Assembly (NCBI GenBank): GCA_944324255.1
Contig: CALUVM010000009.1
Location: 211 to 64,210 of the forward strand
Source: Candidatus Gastranaerophilales bacterium
GTDB lineage: Bacteria > Cyanobacteriota > Vampirovibrionia > Gastranaerophilales > Gastranaerophilaceae
Reading direction: 5' to 3'
Length of the DNA: 64,000 nucleotides
This document shows, piece by piece, positions 9,508 through 19,583 of this stretch. The position numbers and the translations under genes were made by a program. The notes beneath the pieces were generated by a model. The model was given only the letters and a program-made list of their open reading frames with translations, made no database searches and was not told where the DNA came from. Numbering within the stretch: the stretch's first letter is position 1; each line of letters starts with the position of its first letter.

Positions 9508-10308
9508 TTAATAAAAGTAAACCGCTGCAAAAATTAAATCAAGTATTACAATAGCAACAAAAGACCAGACAACAGCTTTTGTTGTTGCAATACCAACGCC
9601 TTTTGCTCCGTCTTTTGCTCCCATACCGCAGGAACAGCTGATTAAAGATATTGCAAATCCAAAACTTAGTGATTTCAAAACGGAAACATTTAAATCATGC
9701 ATATTTAATCCAAACCATACAGAATCAAAATATGCTTTATAAGTCAAACCGGATGTAACATTGGAAGCAACAGCCGCACCTAAAATACCAAATAAAGCAG
9801 ATACAATTACAACAAGCGGCATCATAACAGTTCCTGCTATAATTCTCGGAGTAAAAAGATATTGTACAGGATTTACTTTTAGAACCCGTATTGCATCAAT
9901 TTGCTCGGTAACTTTCATTGTCGCAATTTCTGATGCCAGAGATGAACCTATCATTGAAATTATCGCAAAACCCGCCATAATAACAGCCTCTTCTCTTACC
10001 ATTAAAATTGCAATAAGCATTCCGACATAATTTCCGCCGCCCTGTTTCACCATTTCCCCCGCAACCTGCATTGAGATAATTATTGATGTCATACCGACAA
10101 TAGAAAGCGTTATCGGTAAGGATGAAACTCCAAAGCGGGAACATTGATCTATAATTTCTTTAAAAGATGTATTGAAGTTCTTAAGCCCTTTTAATACTTC
10201 TATACCGTAAGTCATTATCTCACCTAAAGTAGAAATAAATTCTTTTATTTCTGCTTCAAGAAGTTTGTATAATTTATAAGTATAAGTTGCTTTATAATAT
10301 ATCTTCAT
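9508..10308 (-). CDS. MlaE-family ABC permease
   Basis: Multi-TM protein with MlaE-like sequence character (QIDAIRVLKVNPVQYL). First gene of the operon. Confidence 0.85.
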   Translation of the reverse strand: MKIYYKATYTYKLYKLLEAEIKEFISTLGEIMTYGIEVLKGLKNFNTSFKEIIDQCSRFGVSSLPITLSIVGMTSIIISMQVAGEMVKQGGGNYVGMLIAILMVREEAVIMAGFAIISMIGSSLASEIATMKVTEQIDAIRVLKVNPVQYLFTPRIIAGTVMMPLVVIVSALFGILGAAVASNVTSGLTYKAYFDSVWFGLNMHDLNVSVLKSLSFGFAISLISCSCGMGAKDGAKGVGIATTKAVVWSFVAIVILDLIFAAVYFY

Positions 10309-10325
10309 CTCATCTCTTTTTCTAA

Positions 10326-10334
10326 ATTATACCA
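10326..10334 (-). promoter_or_regulatory. extended -10 promoter TGGTATAAT for the mla-like operon
   Basis: attatacca on the plus strand equals TGGTATAAT on the minus strand, 17 nt upstream of the ATG at 10308. Confidence 0.5.
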
Positions 10335-10429
10335 GAGATTAAATTTATTTAAAATATTTTTATCTCAAATATGATAAATAAATATGTTTATGATAGACTG
10401 TAATAGTGGACATCAGTGAGAGAGGTTGA

Positions 10430-12265
10430 ATGGAAGATTCATTATTAAAGCTAAAAAATACAAACACAAAAGACGCTTTCAGATATAGCTATTTATTAAA
10501 TAAAATGTACCCTTATATAAAAACCGTACTGGGCAGATCAATATTACTAATACTGTTAGCAATTCCTTTAGGGCTGCTGGATGGTGTTGTTGCTTTTTCA
10601 TTAAGACCTTATATGGATTTTGTTGTTAACGGCAATGAGGCTCAGACCTTTGAACTAATGGGTCATACAATCCGGCTGCAAGCCTTTTTTATAAAGCTTA
10701 TCCCTTTTGCAATCATATTTTTTGCTCTCGTACAGGGTTTATTAAAATATATCTGCAACTACCTGACTGAATGGACAGGGAATAAAATGTCCAACCATTT
10801 AAAAATTGATTTATTCAGAAAACTGACTTCTATGGACACTAAGTTTTATGATATCAATTCATCAGGACTTGTTTTGAGCAGGTTTTTAACCGATCCGGAT
10901 CAAGCTTCAAAAAAACTTATAGAAACCTTAAAAAGCTTTATCCTTGCAGCATTTGAACTTGTTGCACTTGTATTTGTTCTTCTGTATAACTCCTGGAAAC
11001 TCGCAATTATTGGTGTCGGGGTTATGGCTATAGCAATTACGCCGGTTACTCTTATCAGAAAAAAAATTAAAGCGGTTTCTAATGCCACAATGGTTGTCGG
11101 CGGAGATATGACAACTAATTTTAATGAAACCTTTGCAGGAAATAAAATTATTACAGCTTACAATTTGCAAGGAAATCAAAACCGTAAATTTGACGGTCAG
11201 ATTCATAAACAGTTTGACCTTGCAATGGCTCTTACAAAACGTGTAGGCTGGATGTCGCCTATAATGTACTTTATATGCTCCATCGGTATTGCCATAGTTA
11301 TGAACTACGGCAACAGCCTTATCTTATCCGGAGAAATGACGGCAGGTAGTTTTGCATCGTTTGTTACTTCACTTCTTCTACTGTACAAACCTACAAAATC
11401 TTTAGGGTTAACTCTTACAAACCTTCAATCAACTTTTGTATCAATGGCAAGAGTCTTTGAATTATTTGATCTTATGCCTGAAATAAAGAACAAACCTGAC
11501 GCTAAAATATTATCTAACGTTGACGGAGGTATTGAATTTAGCCATGTTTATTTTGAATACGAAAAGGATGTTCCGGTACTTAAAGATTTCAACCTGTCTG
11601 TAAGACCTAAAGAAACTATTGCACTTGTCGGAAATTCCGGCGGCGGTAAATCTACTGTTGTAAATCTTATTCCAAGATTTTACGATGTTAAATCCGGCTC
11701 AATCACTATTAACGGAATTGATATAAGAGATTATGATTTAATAAGTTTAAGAAATGCTATATCTTTTGTTTTCCAGGATAATTACTTATTCTCCGGTTCT
11801 ATAAAAGAAAATATTCTTATGGGAAAACCGGATGCGACAGAAGATGAGATATTTAATGCAATAAAGTTAGCGCATCTCGATGAATTTTTAGGTACACTTC
11901 CTGACGGTATTGATACTATTGTCGGAGAAAGAGGTGCTTCACTCTCCGGAGGGCAGAGACAACGTGTTGCCATTGCAAGAGCGCTTGTAAAAAATGCACC
12001 TATCGTTATTCTTGATGAAGCGACTTCTGCTCTGGATAATGAATCCGAAGCAATTGTTCAGCAGGCTATTGATAACCTTATGGAAAACAGAACTGTTTTT
12101 GTTATTGCCCACAGGCTTTCTACAATTCATAATGCTGATAGAATTGCAGTACTTAACGAAGGAGAACTTGTCGAACTCGGAACACATAGTGAGTTAATAT
12201 CCAAAGCCGGCGGAAGATATAAGCATCTCTACGAAATGCAATTCGGAAGCAGCGTCGAAGTATAG
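10430..12265 (+). CDS. ABC exporter, fused permease/ATPase (MsbA/lipid-exporter-like)
   Basis: Six-TM N-terminal half. Walker A GNSGGGKST, LSGGQRQRVAIARAL, ILDEATSALD. Confidence 0.85.
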   Translation: MEDSLLKLKNTNTKDAFRYSYLLNKMYPYIKTVLGRSILLILLAIPLGLLDGVVAFSLRPYMDFVVNGNEAQTFELMGHTIRLQAFFIKLIPFAIIFFALVQGLLKYICNYLTEWTGNKMSNHLKIDLFRKLTSMDTKFYDINSSGLVLSRFLTDPDQASKKLIETLKSFILAAFELVALVFVLLYNSWKLAIIGVGVMAIAITPVTLIRKKIKAVSNATMVVGGDMTTNFNETFAGNKIITAYNLQGNQNRKFDGQIHKQFDLAMALTKRVGWMSPIMYFICSIGIAIVMNYGNSLILSGEMTAGSFASFVTSLLLLYKPTKSLGLTLTNLQSTFVSMARVFELFDLMPEIKNKPDAKILSNVDGGIEFSHVYFEYEKDVPVLKDFNLSVRPKETIALVGNSGGGKSTVVNLIPRFYDVKSGSITINGIDIRDYDLISLRNAISFVFQDNYLFSGSIKENILMGKPDATEDEIFNAIKLAHLDEFLGTLPDGIDTIVGERGASLSGGQRQRVAIARALVKNAPIVILDEATSALDNESEAIVQQAIDNLMENRTVFVIAHRLSTIHNADRIAVLNEGELVELGTHSELISKAGGRYKHLYEMQFGSSVEV

Positions 12266-12292
12266 TTAAAAGGTGTAATTAAAGGGGGTAGA

Positions 12293-13672
12293 ATGTACGG
12301 AATAATTTTAGCAGGCGGCTCAGGCAGCAGACTCTGGCCTTTATCAAGAGAACTTTATCCAAAACACCTTTTGAATATTATTCAGGATTCGGAGAGTCTG
12401 CTTCAATCGACTTTTTCCAGACTAAAAGCCTGCATGCCGGAAGAAAACATTATAAGTATTACGGGCGTTAAACACTTTTCTAATGTTAAGTATCAGCTTT
12501 CTTTTGCGGCGGAAAATCCTGTTGTTTTATCTGAGCCTATTTCTAAAAATACAGCTCCTGCAATAGTTCTGGCGACAAAATATATAACAGAAACTTCAAA
12601 AGAAGATCCTGTTATTCTTGTAGTGCCATCTGATCATTTAATAAAAGACATTACAGCTTTTTCAGAAACTGTCACAGAAGGAGAAAAACTCGCACAGGAA
12701 GGTTATATTGTAACCTTCGGCATAAAACCTTCTTATCCTGAAACCGGGTACGGTTATATTAATTCAATTGACGGGAGAAAGGTTAATAAGTTTGTAGAAA
12801 AACCAAGCGAAGAACTTGCTGAAGAATACCTCGCTGATGGTCATTACTACTGGAATGGCGGAATATTTATGTTCAAAGCTTCCACCCTCTTAAAAGAAAC
12901 TTATAAATGTGCTCCTGACATTTATGAGTTATTAAAGAACTTTGATTTTACAAAATCTTCCGACATTCCGTTCACAGAATTTGATAAAATGCCTAATATT
13001 TCAATAGATTATGCGGTTATGGAAAAATCGGATAAAATTGCGCTTGTAGAATTAAAAAGCGACTGGAACGATTTAGGCAGCTGGAAATCCATTTATGATG
13101 TCAGCAAAAAAGACAGCAACGGGAATGTTATGATAGGACATGTTCTGGATGAAGGTTCAAAAAACTCCCTTGTCTATTCATCCTCCAAACTTGTTTCCAC
13201 TATAGGGCTTGAAGATACCATTCTTGTAGAAACAGAAGATGCTATTCTTGCCTGTAAAATGGATAAATCTCAAGATGTTAAAAAGATTTATGAAACACTA
13301 AAACAACAAAATGATGAAACCCATAAAGTCCACAAAACTGTTTACAGACCCTGGGGATTCTATACTGTTCTTGCGCAGGGTAACGGATTTTTAACCAAAA
13401 TGATTCAAGTTAATCAGGGACAAAAGCTTTCCGTCCAGTCACATAACCACAGAAGCGAACACTGGGTAGTCCTTGAAGGTAAAGCAAAAGTCGTTCTTGA
13501 GGGCAAAGAACTTATTCTGAGTCCTGGACACAGTGTTGATATTCCGGTTAAAGCTATACATTCTTTGCAAAATCCTTTTGAAGAGGTTCTAAAAATCATT
13601 GAAGTCCAAAAAGGCGACCTGCTTATTGAAGAAGATATCATAAGATATGAAGACATGTACGGAAGGGTCTAA
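12293..13672 (+). CDS. manC: mannose-1-phosphate guanylyltransferase / mannose-6-phosphate isomerase
   Basis: LAGGSGSRLWPLSR nucleotidyltransferase motif and a C-terminal cupin (QSHNHRSEHWVVLEG). Confidence 0.85.
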   Translation: MYGIILAGGSGSRLWPLSRELYPKHLLNIIQDSESLLQSTFSRLKACMPEENIISITGVKHFSNVKYQLSFAAENPVVLSEPISKNTAPAIVLATKYITETSKEDPVILVVPSDHLIKDITAFSETVTEGEKLAQEGYIVTFGIKPSYPETGYGYINSIDGRKVNKFVEKPSEELAEEYLADGHYYWNGGIFMFKASTLLKETYKCAPDIYELLKNFDFTKSSDIPFTEFDKMPNISIDYAVMEKSDKIALVELKSDWNDLGSWKSIYDVSKKDSNGNVMIGHVLDEGSKNSLVYSSSKLVSTIGLEDTILVETEDAILACKMDKSQDVKKIYETLKQQNDETHKVHKTVYRPWGFYTVLAQGNGFLTKMIQVNQGQKLSVQSHNHRSEHWVVLEGKAKVVLEGKELILSPGHSVDIPVKAIHSLQNPFEEVLKIIEVQKGDLLIEEDIIRYEDMYGRV

Positions 13673-13688
13673 ATTTTTGCAAGGATAA

Positions 13689-14156
13689 TTACTTATGATA
13701 AGTTTCGCCTTTTAGAATCTTAAACCCTCTGTAAATCTGTTCCACTAAAAGCAGTCTTGCAAACTGGTGAAGAAAAGTCATCTTTGAAAGGCTTAGTTTA
13801 AAATCAGCTCTGGTTGACACAACAGAAGATAATCCACAGGAAGAACCTATTACAAAAACCAGTTCTGATTTGCCAGAAACAATTATTTCATTTATTTTTT
13901 GTGCAAACATCTCCGAAGAGAGTTCTTTCCCTCCGATTTCCAGCGTTATTACATAAGAGTCCGGTTTTATATGAGATAAAATCTTTTCTCCTTCTTCATT
14001 TAATGCCTTATCGATTTGCTCATCTTTTATCTCAACGGGAGAGAGTTCAGTAATCTCAACAGCGCAATACGGAGTAAGCCTCTTTAAAAACTCTTCAATC
14101 CCTTCTTTCAGGAATTTCTCTTTAATTTTTCCAAGTGCAATAATTCTAATTTTCAT
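13689..14156 (-). CDS. rlmH: 23S rRNA (pseudouridine1915-N3)-methyltransferase RlmH
   Basis: MKIRIIALGKIKEKF... and C-terminal SLSKMTFLHQFARLLLVEQIYR match SPOUT RlmH. I use the internal ATG at 14156 (155 aa) rather than the ORF-track start at 14231. Confidence 0.85.
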   Translation of the reverse strand: MKIRIIALGKIKEKFLKEGIEEFLKRLTPYCAVEITELSPVEIKDEQIDKALNEEGEKILSHIKPDSYVITLEIGGKELSSEMFAQKINEIIVSGKSELVFVIGSSCGLSSVVSTRADFKLSLSKMTFLHQFARLLLVEQIYRGFKILKGETYHK

Positions 14157-14991
14157 TTTTTGCCATATAAACACTTGTAGAAGGGAATGCAAACTCAATT
14201 CCTTCTTCACGGTAGCGGTGAATAATTTCACGAATCACTCTGCTTTTTTCTACGACATAATCACCCCAGGAAGCTTTAGTAGTATAACAAACCAGCCTTA
14301 CATCAATTGAGCTTGATGCAAGGTTTTCAATAAAAGCAGTTTCGCCTTCCAAAATTGTTTCATCCCGTCTAGCAATTTCTTTTAAAATTTCTACTGCTCG
14401 GTCAATTTTCTCATTAGAAGTTCCATATTCTATATTAACAGTAATATCTATTCTTCTTCTGTCGGTTTGAGAAACATTGGTAATTTCTTCATTTGCAAGC
14501 AGGTTATTAGGAACATTTATTGCAAACCCTTCCAAACTGCGAACCGTAGTTGATCTCAAATTAATACTCTCTACAGTTCCTTCATATCCGTTAAATTTGA
14601 TATATTCACCTATTTTATAAACCCTGTCAGCTAAAAGTCCAAAAGAGCCAAAAATATTCCCTATAGCCTCTTTAGCGGCAAAACCTACTGCCAAACCTGT
14701 AATTCCGAATCCGGCAATCAGAGAAGCAACATTATAACCAAAGCTTTGTAAGAATCCCGCCAGCAATATAAAAACCACAAGTGCCTTTAATATTTTTGTC
14801 AAAACCGGCATCAAATTTAAAAGCGGCGAATCTGAATTTTTCCTTAAGAGTTTTTTCTCGAGATTATGCTGAAATGCATCAATAAGCTTGCAAAACCCCC
14901 AAATTAAGAATATATTTATAGCAACTCCTATAATAAATTTCATATGAGTAGCCGCAAATTTTCCCATCCATTCCAGCATTCTATCTATCAT
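14146..14991 (-). CDS. mechanosensitive ion channel (MscS family)
   Basis: TM helices followed by an MscS beta-domain (YKIGEYIKFNGYEGTVESINLRSTTVR). Its 3' end overlaps the rlmH start by 11 nt. Confidence 0.85.
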   Translation of the reverse strand: MIDRMLEWMGKFAATHMKFIIGVAINIFLIWGFCKLIDAFQHNLEKKLLRKNSDSPLLNLMPVLTKILKALVVFILLAGFLQSFGYNVASLIAGFGITGLAVGFAAKEAIGNIFGSFGLLADRVYKIGEYIKFNGYEGTVESINLRSTTVRSLEGFAINVPNNLLANEEITNVSQTDRRRIDITVNIEYGTSNEKIDRAVEILKEIARRDETILEGETAFIENLASSSIDVRLVCYTTKASWGDYVVEKSRVIREIIHRYREEGIEFAFPSTSVYMAKNEN

Positions 14992-14993
14992 TT

Positions 14994-16181
14994 TTATCCT
15001 CTCCGTTGTTTAAGTTTCATTAATTCATCTTGATATGGTGAAATTGAAGTTAGTTTCTCCATTATACCAGGAAGTTTTTCTATAACAAAATCAACCTCTT
15101 TTTCAGTCGTAAATCTTGAAAGACTGAATCTTATTGAGCCATGCAGTGCAGTAAAAGGTATTCCCATAGCTCTAAGAACATGGCTCGGCTCAAGAGAGCC
15201 GGATGTACAGGCGCTTCCGGAGCTTGCACAAACACCAATATCGCTCAGGTGAAGAAGGATTAATTCTCCTTCAACATACTCAAAACCTATATTAGAAGTA
15301 TTAGGAACTCTGTTTTTGAGAGAAGAATTTAATCTGGAATTAAAAACATTCTTTAAAATCCCATCTTCCAATTTATCCCTGAGTCTTTTTACTTCTGTCA
15401 TTTCGTAGTTAAGAGAATTTAAAGCAAGTTCTGCGGCTTTTCCTATCCCTGCTATATACGGAACATTTTCTGTTCCGGCTCTTAATCCTCTTTCCTGATG
15501 TCCGCCGTTAATCAGCGGAGTAAGTCTTACGCTCGGTCTTATATATAGAGCACCAACACCTTTCGGAGCGTGAAATTTATGACCGGAAACCCCTAACATA
15601 TCAATTTGGGTATCTTTTACATTAATAGGGATTTTACCCCCTGCCTGCACCGCATCTACGAAAAATATTGTTTCCGGAGATTTTGTTTTAACAATATCTG
15701 CAATTTCTTCAACGGGATTTATAACTCCTGTTTCGTTATTTGCATACATTACGGATACAAGCGCAGTATCTTTTCTTATTTTGCTTTTTAATTCATCAAT
15801 ATCAAGCTGACCTTCCGAGTCGACTGAAATATAATCAGCCTCATACCCCTCTTTTTCAAGTGATTTATAAAGATTTAATACACAGGGGTGCTCAACTTTT
15901 GTTGTAATAATATGTTTTTTACCTTTATTACAATTCAAAGTCCCTTTAATTGCCATATTAGCAGACTCAGAACCACAGGAAGTAAAAAAGATTTCTTTCT
16001 CGTTATTTGCGCCGAGAAAATCTTTCATTTTACCTCTGGCTTCTTTTATAGCTGCGGCAGGCTTTTTAGCAAAATCATACATGCTTGAAGGGTTTGCATA
16101 ATCCTCCTTAAAATAAGGAAGCATTTCCTCAAGCACCCTCTCATCTATTTTTGTAGTGGCATTATTATCAAAATAAATCAT
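14994..16181 (-). CDS. nifS: cysteine desulfurase NifS
   Basis: IYFDNNATT start, PLP-lysine SGHKFHAPKG, catalytic-Cys loop SSGSACTSG. Confidence 0.9.
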   Translation of the reverse strand: MIYFDNNATTKIDERVLEEMLPYFKEDYANPSSMYDFAKKPAAAIKEARGKMKDFLGANNEKEIFFTSCGSESANMAIKGTLNCNKGKKHIITTKVEHPCVLNLYKSLEKEGYEADYISVDSEGQLDIDELKSKIRKDTALVSVMYANNETGVINPVEEIADIVKTKSPETIFFVDAVQAGGKIPINVKDTQIDMLGVSGHKFHAPKGVGALYIRPSVRLTPLINGGHQERGLRAGTENVPYIAGIGKAAELALNSLNYEMTEVKRLRDKLEDGILKNVFNSRLNSSLKNRVPNTSNIGFEYVEGELILLHLSDIGVCASSGSACTSGSLEPSHVLRAMGIPFTALHGSIRFSLSRFTTEKEVDFVIEKLPGIMEKLTSISPYQDELMKLKQRRG

Positions 16182-16201
16182 AGTTTTAACCTCTTTTACC
16201 C

Positions 16202-17038
16202 CTAAACCTGCTCTACAGTCAGATTGGAGTCAACTTTGTCTTTCAAGATTGATTCAACAAAACTTTTAATCGTCATAGAGGCGTTTTTACATCCGCTGCA
16301 CATGCCGGTTAGTTTAACTTTAACCGTATTTCCCTCTACATCAACAAGTTCAATATCACCGCCGTCTTTTTGGAGCTGAGGTGAAACCTGCTGGTCAATA
16401 ACTTTGTTTATTTTAAGAATTTTTTGAGTCGGAGTAAGTTCTTCTGCTGAAGATGTTTTATTCCAGTATTCCTCAAGGATATTTTTAATAGCCCCTTTGC
16501 ATCTTCCGCAAGCGCCGCCGGCTTTTGTATAGTTTGTTACTTCTTCAACAGTTTTCAGTCCGTTAATTTTAACAGCCTCAAGAATCTGCCCTTCTGTTAC
16601 ATTAAAACAGGTGCAGATAACTTTATCCGATTCTTTTTTACCTGACGGGAACTCAATTTCTTCCCAGCCGTCTTCTTTATAATATTTCTTTAGCGCATCC
16701 TCAAGAGCTTCCTGTCCCATAACCGAACAGTGCATTTTTTCTTGCGGAAGCCCGCCTAAAGCATCTGCTATATCTTTATTTGTAATCTTTTTAACTTCAT
16801 CCAGAGTTTTTCCGATAATCATTTCCGTCAAAATGCTTGAACTTGCTACAGCAGAACCGCAGCCAAATGTTTGAAACTTTGCATCTTTAATAACGTTTCC
16901 GTCAAGTTTTATATATAACTTTAATGAGTCGCCGCAAGCAAGTGAGCCTGCTTCTCCAATAATATCCGCATCATCAATTTTGCCGACATTTCTCGGGTTT
17001 CTGTAATGTTCCAGAACCTTTTCAGAATATTCCCACAT
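16202..17038 (-). CDS. nifU: Fe-S cluster assembly scaffold NifU (three-domain form)
   Basis: IscU-like N-terminus (GSLACGDSL, FGCGSAVASS), central CxxC ferredoxin-like region, C-terminal NifU domain (GMCSGC). Confidence 0.9.
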   Translation of the reverse strand: MWEYSEKVLEHYRNPRNVGKIDDADIIGEAGSLACGDSLKLYIKLDGNVIKDAKFQTFGCGSAVASSSILTEMIIGKTLDEVKKITNKDIADALGGLPQEKMHCSVMGQEALEDALKKYYKEDGWEEIEFPSGKKESDKVICTCFNVTEGQILEAVKINGLKTVEEVTNYTKAGGACGRCKGAIKNILEEYWNKTSSAEELTPTQKILKINKVIDQQVSPQLQKDGGDIELVDVEGNTVKVKLTGMCSGCKNASMTIKSFVESILKDKVDSNLTVEQV

Positions 17039-17159
17039 TATATTTCTCCTCGTGTAAGTTGAATTTTATAACTATTATTTTACTACAAAAAGAGGTAAGA
17101 TAAGTAACCGAAAATATTTATCCGGCATTTCTTCATTTACCCCTAAATATTTCCCCCCC

Positions 17160-17492
17160 CTAGTTTTCCAATCGTTTCTGTTCGGCTTTTAGAAACTCGC
17201 AATCAGCTTCCAATCTTTTATCTTCCATAGCATCAATAAGTTCTTTAATATCTTTTATCTGTCCGAGTTCAAACCCGACTTCGGCGTACAAAACGCAATC
17301 GTTACAGAGCCTGTAATCCCCGTATTGAACGGAGCCGGCAAGATCTTTTGTGCTGCCGCAGGCATCACATACAAAGAACTCGTGCTCACAGTCCGGATTT
17401 TCTTCAATATCGTCAAGCCTCATCTGCTCAACAACCTGCTGCATTTCCTGTATTACTTCTTCTTTTGATTTAGGCATTTTATACTCCTTCAC
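17160..17492 (-). CDS. hypothetical small acidic protein with a zinc-ribbon-like Cys pattern
   Basis: Good SD (gaaggag). CDACGS...CNDC pattern. No family recognised. Confidence 0.5.
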   Translation of the reverse strand: MKEYKMPKSKEEVIQEMQQVVEQMRLDDIEENPDCEHEFFVCDACGSTKDLAGSVQYGDYRLCNDCVLYAEVGFELGQIKDIKELIDAMEDKRLEADCEFLKAEQKRLEN

Positions 17493-18195
17493 ACAAAACT
17501 TTCATTTCCTTAACAGCCTGCTCAAGCCCTACAAAAACCGCACGTGCTATAATTGAATGTCCGATATTCAACTCCACAAGATTTGGAATCTCATGCATTC
17601 TGGATACATTTCTATAGTTTAGTCCGTGCCCCGCATTAACTTTTAACCCGAAATTCTGGGCAAATATTGCAGCTCCTTTAAGATCTTCAAAAGCTTTTTC
17701 TTCTTCAGCGGTGCCAAAAGCCTCTGAATACCGCCCTGTATGGAGTTCTATAAACGGAGCACCGGTTTTGGATACCGCAGAAATCTGATGTACATCAGGG
17801 TCAATAAAGAAACTTACTTCAATATTCTTTTCTAAAAGCGGTTTAGTAAACTCTATTGCACGCTGTAATTGTCCTTCAACATCCAGTCCGCCTTCGGTTG
17901 TCAGTTCCTGTCTTTTTTCCGGTACTATACAAACAGCATGAGGTCGAAGTTTTAGCGCAATTTGCTGCATCTCGTCTGTCATTGCCATCTCAAGATTTAA
18001 TCTGACTCTTGGAAGCATTCTTATAGCCTCTACATCGGCATCCTTTATATGCCGTCTGTCCTCTCTTAGATGCGTTGTGATTGAAGCGACTTTACAATCT
18101 TTGCATATTCTTGCCGCAGCTATAACATCAGGGTCTACTCCGCCTCTTGCGTTTCTGAGAGTTGCGACATGGTCTATATTTACTCCTAATAACAT
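17479..18195 (-). CDS. pdxJ: pyridoxine 5'-phosphate synthase
   Basis: LGVNIDHVATLRNARG, HLREDRRHI and the NIGHSIIARAVFVGL motifs. Confidence 0.95.
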   Translation of the reverse strand: MLLGVNIDHVATLRNARGGVDPDVIAAARICKDCKVASITTHLREDRRHIKDADVEAIRMLPRVRLNLEMAMTDEMQQIALKLRPHAVCIVPEKRQELTTEGGLDVEGQLQRAIEFTKPLLEKNIEVSFFIDPDVHQISAVSKTGAPFIELHTGRYSEAFGTAEEEKAFEDLKGAAIFAQNFGLKVNAGHGLNYRNVSRMHEIPNLVELNIGHSIIARAVFVGLEQAVKEMKVLCEGV

Positions 18196-19505
18196 TTCTT
18201 TAACCTCCTGAGTTTATTAATCCTCAACAAAGCTGTGTATGTCGGAAGGATTGTAATATTATTATCTGCCGTTTTGCCGGCATAATCAATAGCTTTTTTT
18301 ATATCCGGAATAATTTTTATATTCTCTATTCCCGCATATTTTAATCTTAAAGCCATATCATTAGCACGAATTCCGGATACAATAATTTCATTTTTTGCAC
18401 CTTTTAAAAATTCAAATTCTGCATCCCAAAGCCAGGAAACATCCCGCCCGTCTGCGTAATTATCGTTTATTGCAATAAGAATCTTAGAATCCAAATCGAC
18501 TGTCTTTAGCACTTCATTAGCCCCTATCGGGTTTTTTATAAGCTGAATCAAGGTTCTGCGTCCGTTTAAGTACTTGACTTCACTTCTGCCAAAAGCAACA
18601 CGGAACGAAGAAAGATTATTTTCTATATCTTTTATCCCGAGTGTTTCCGCAAGAGCTATCGCCCCGAGAGCATTATAAGCATTAAAAAGCCCGATGAGAG
18701 GAACAGTATATTCTTTTCCGTTTATATTCAAAACAGAGCAGTTTTTATGAAGAGTAACAACCGCTTTATACTCCGGCTCCGGTCTTTTATAGCCGCAGTC
18801 GCAATAATAATGTCCCTGCTGGGCAAAAAACTTTTTAGAGTATTTTAAGGGTTCTCCGCAAAGAGGGCAGTTAAAAACTTCTTCCGTTGATGAATGCTGT
18901 TTCATTGTATCATCAGCATAAACTACCTCCTCTATACCGTAAAATAGAGGTTGTTTAGGAGAAGAAAACGTAGACACAAGAGGGTCATCAGCATTCAGAA
19001 AAAGCTGAATTTCAGGTTTCTTATCAATTCCTCTCTGGATAAGTTTCTTTGTTGTTGCAAGTTCGCCATACCTATCCAGCTGGTCACGAAACAGATTAGT
19101 TACCAGAAGATAATCAGCATCGAATTTTTCATAAATCTTTTCAAGATAAGCTTCATCCGATTCTATAACCGAATAACCAGCCTTTTTAAAAAGATTTATA
19201 TCAAGCGCTAATGCATTAACAACCCCTGTAAGCATATTTGCGCCCATAGAGTTATTAATAACTGTCTCTCCGGAAGCCTTAATCAAATGGGTTAATAACC
19301 CCGAAGTAGTTGTCTTGCCGTTTGTACCTGTTACATTAATTTTTGATTTTTCTATATACTCATTTGCAAAACTCAAAAAATCAGGGCAAATTTTCAATAC
19401 CAGCATGCCGATAAAAGAGGTGCCTGATGAAAGTTTTGTAATTTTCAGCCCGAAATATAAAATCTTAGCAATACAAACCGAAAAATAAAAATTCAATTTC
19501 CCCAA
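18186..19505 (-). CDS. murT: MurT-like Mur-ligase-family protein (lipid II isoglutaminyl synthase subunit)
   Basis: TGTNGKTTT P-loop, FRDQLDRYGE, LNADDPLV, Cys4 ribbon CPLCG...CDCG, C-terminal INDNYADGRDVSWLWDAEFE (DUF1727-type). TTG start with GGAGGA 7 nt upstream. Confidence 0.85.
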   Translation of the reverse strand: MGKLNFYFSVCIAKILYFGLKITKLSSGTSFIGMLVLKICPDFLSFANEYIEKSKINVTGTNGKTTTSGLLTHLIKASGETVINNSMGANMLTGVVNALALDINLFKKAGYSVIESDEAYLEKIYEKFDADYLLVTNLFRDQLDRYGELATTKKLIQRGIDKKPEIQLFLNADDPLVSTFSSPKQPLFYGIEEVVYADDTMKQHSSTEEVFNCPLCGEPLKYSKKFFAQQGHYYCDCGYKRPEPEYKAVVTLHKNCSVLNINGKEYTVPLIGLFNAYNALGAIALAETLGIKDIENNLSSFRVAFGRSEVKYLNGRRTLIQLIKNPIGANEVLKTVDLDSKILIAINDNYADGRDVSWLWDAEFEFLKGAKNEIIVSGIRANDMALRLKYAGIENIKIIPDIKKAIDYAGKTADNNITILPTYTALLRINKLRRLKKCY

Positions 19506-19583
19506 AATAATCCTCCAAGCGTATTTTATTTTTAGAGTTTATAAAATATAATCATATAATAATACAAATACGAACTACAGCCT

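Noticed and set aside
14157-14231. N-terminal extensions in the ORF track for rlmH. The same applies to ilvD (42079-42108), maf (51911-51982), the porin (35060-35080) and the coiled-coil gene (33041-33076).
   Set aside because: In each case an internal ATG gives the family-typical N-terminus or signal peptide and has an SD or promoter directly upstream. Some of the extensions would overlap promoters or start at TTG.
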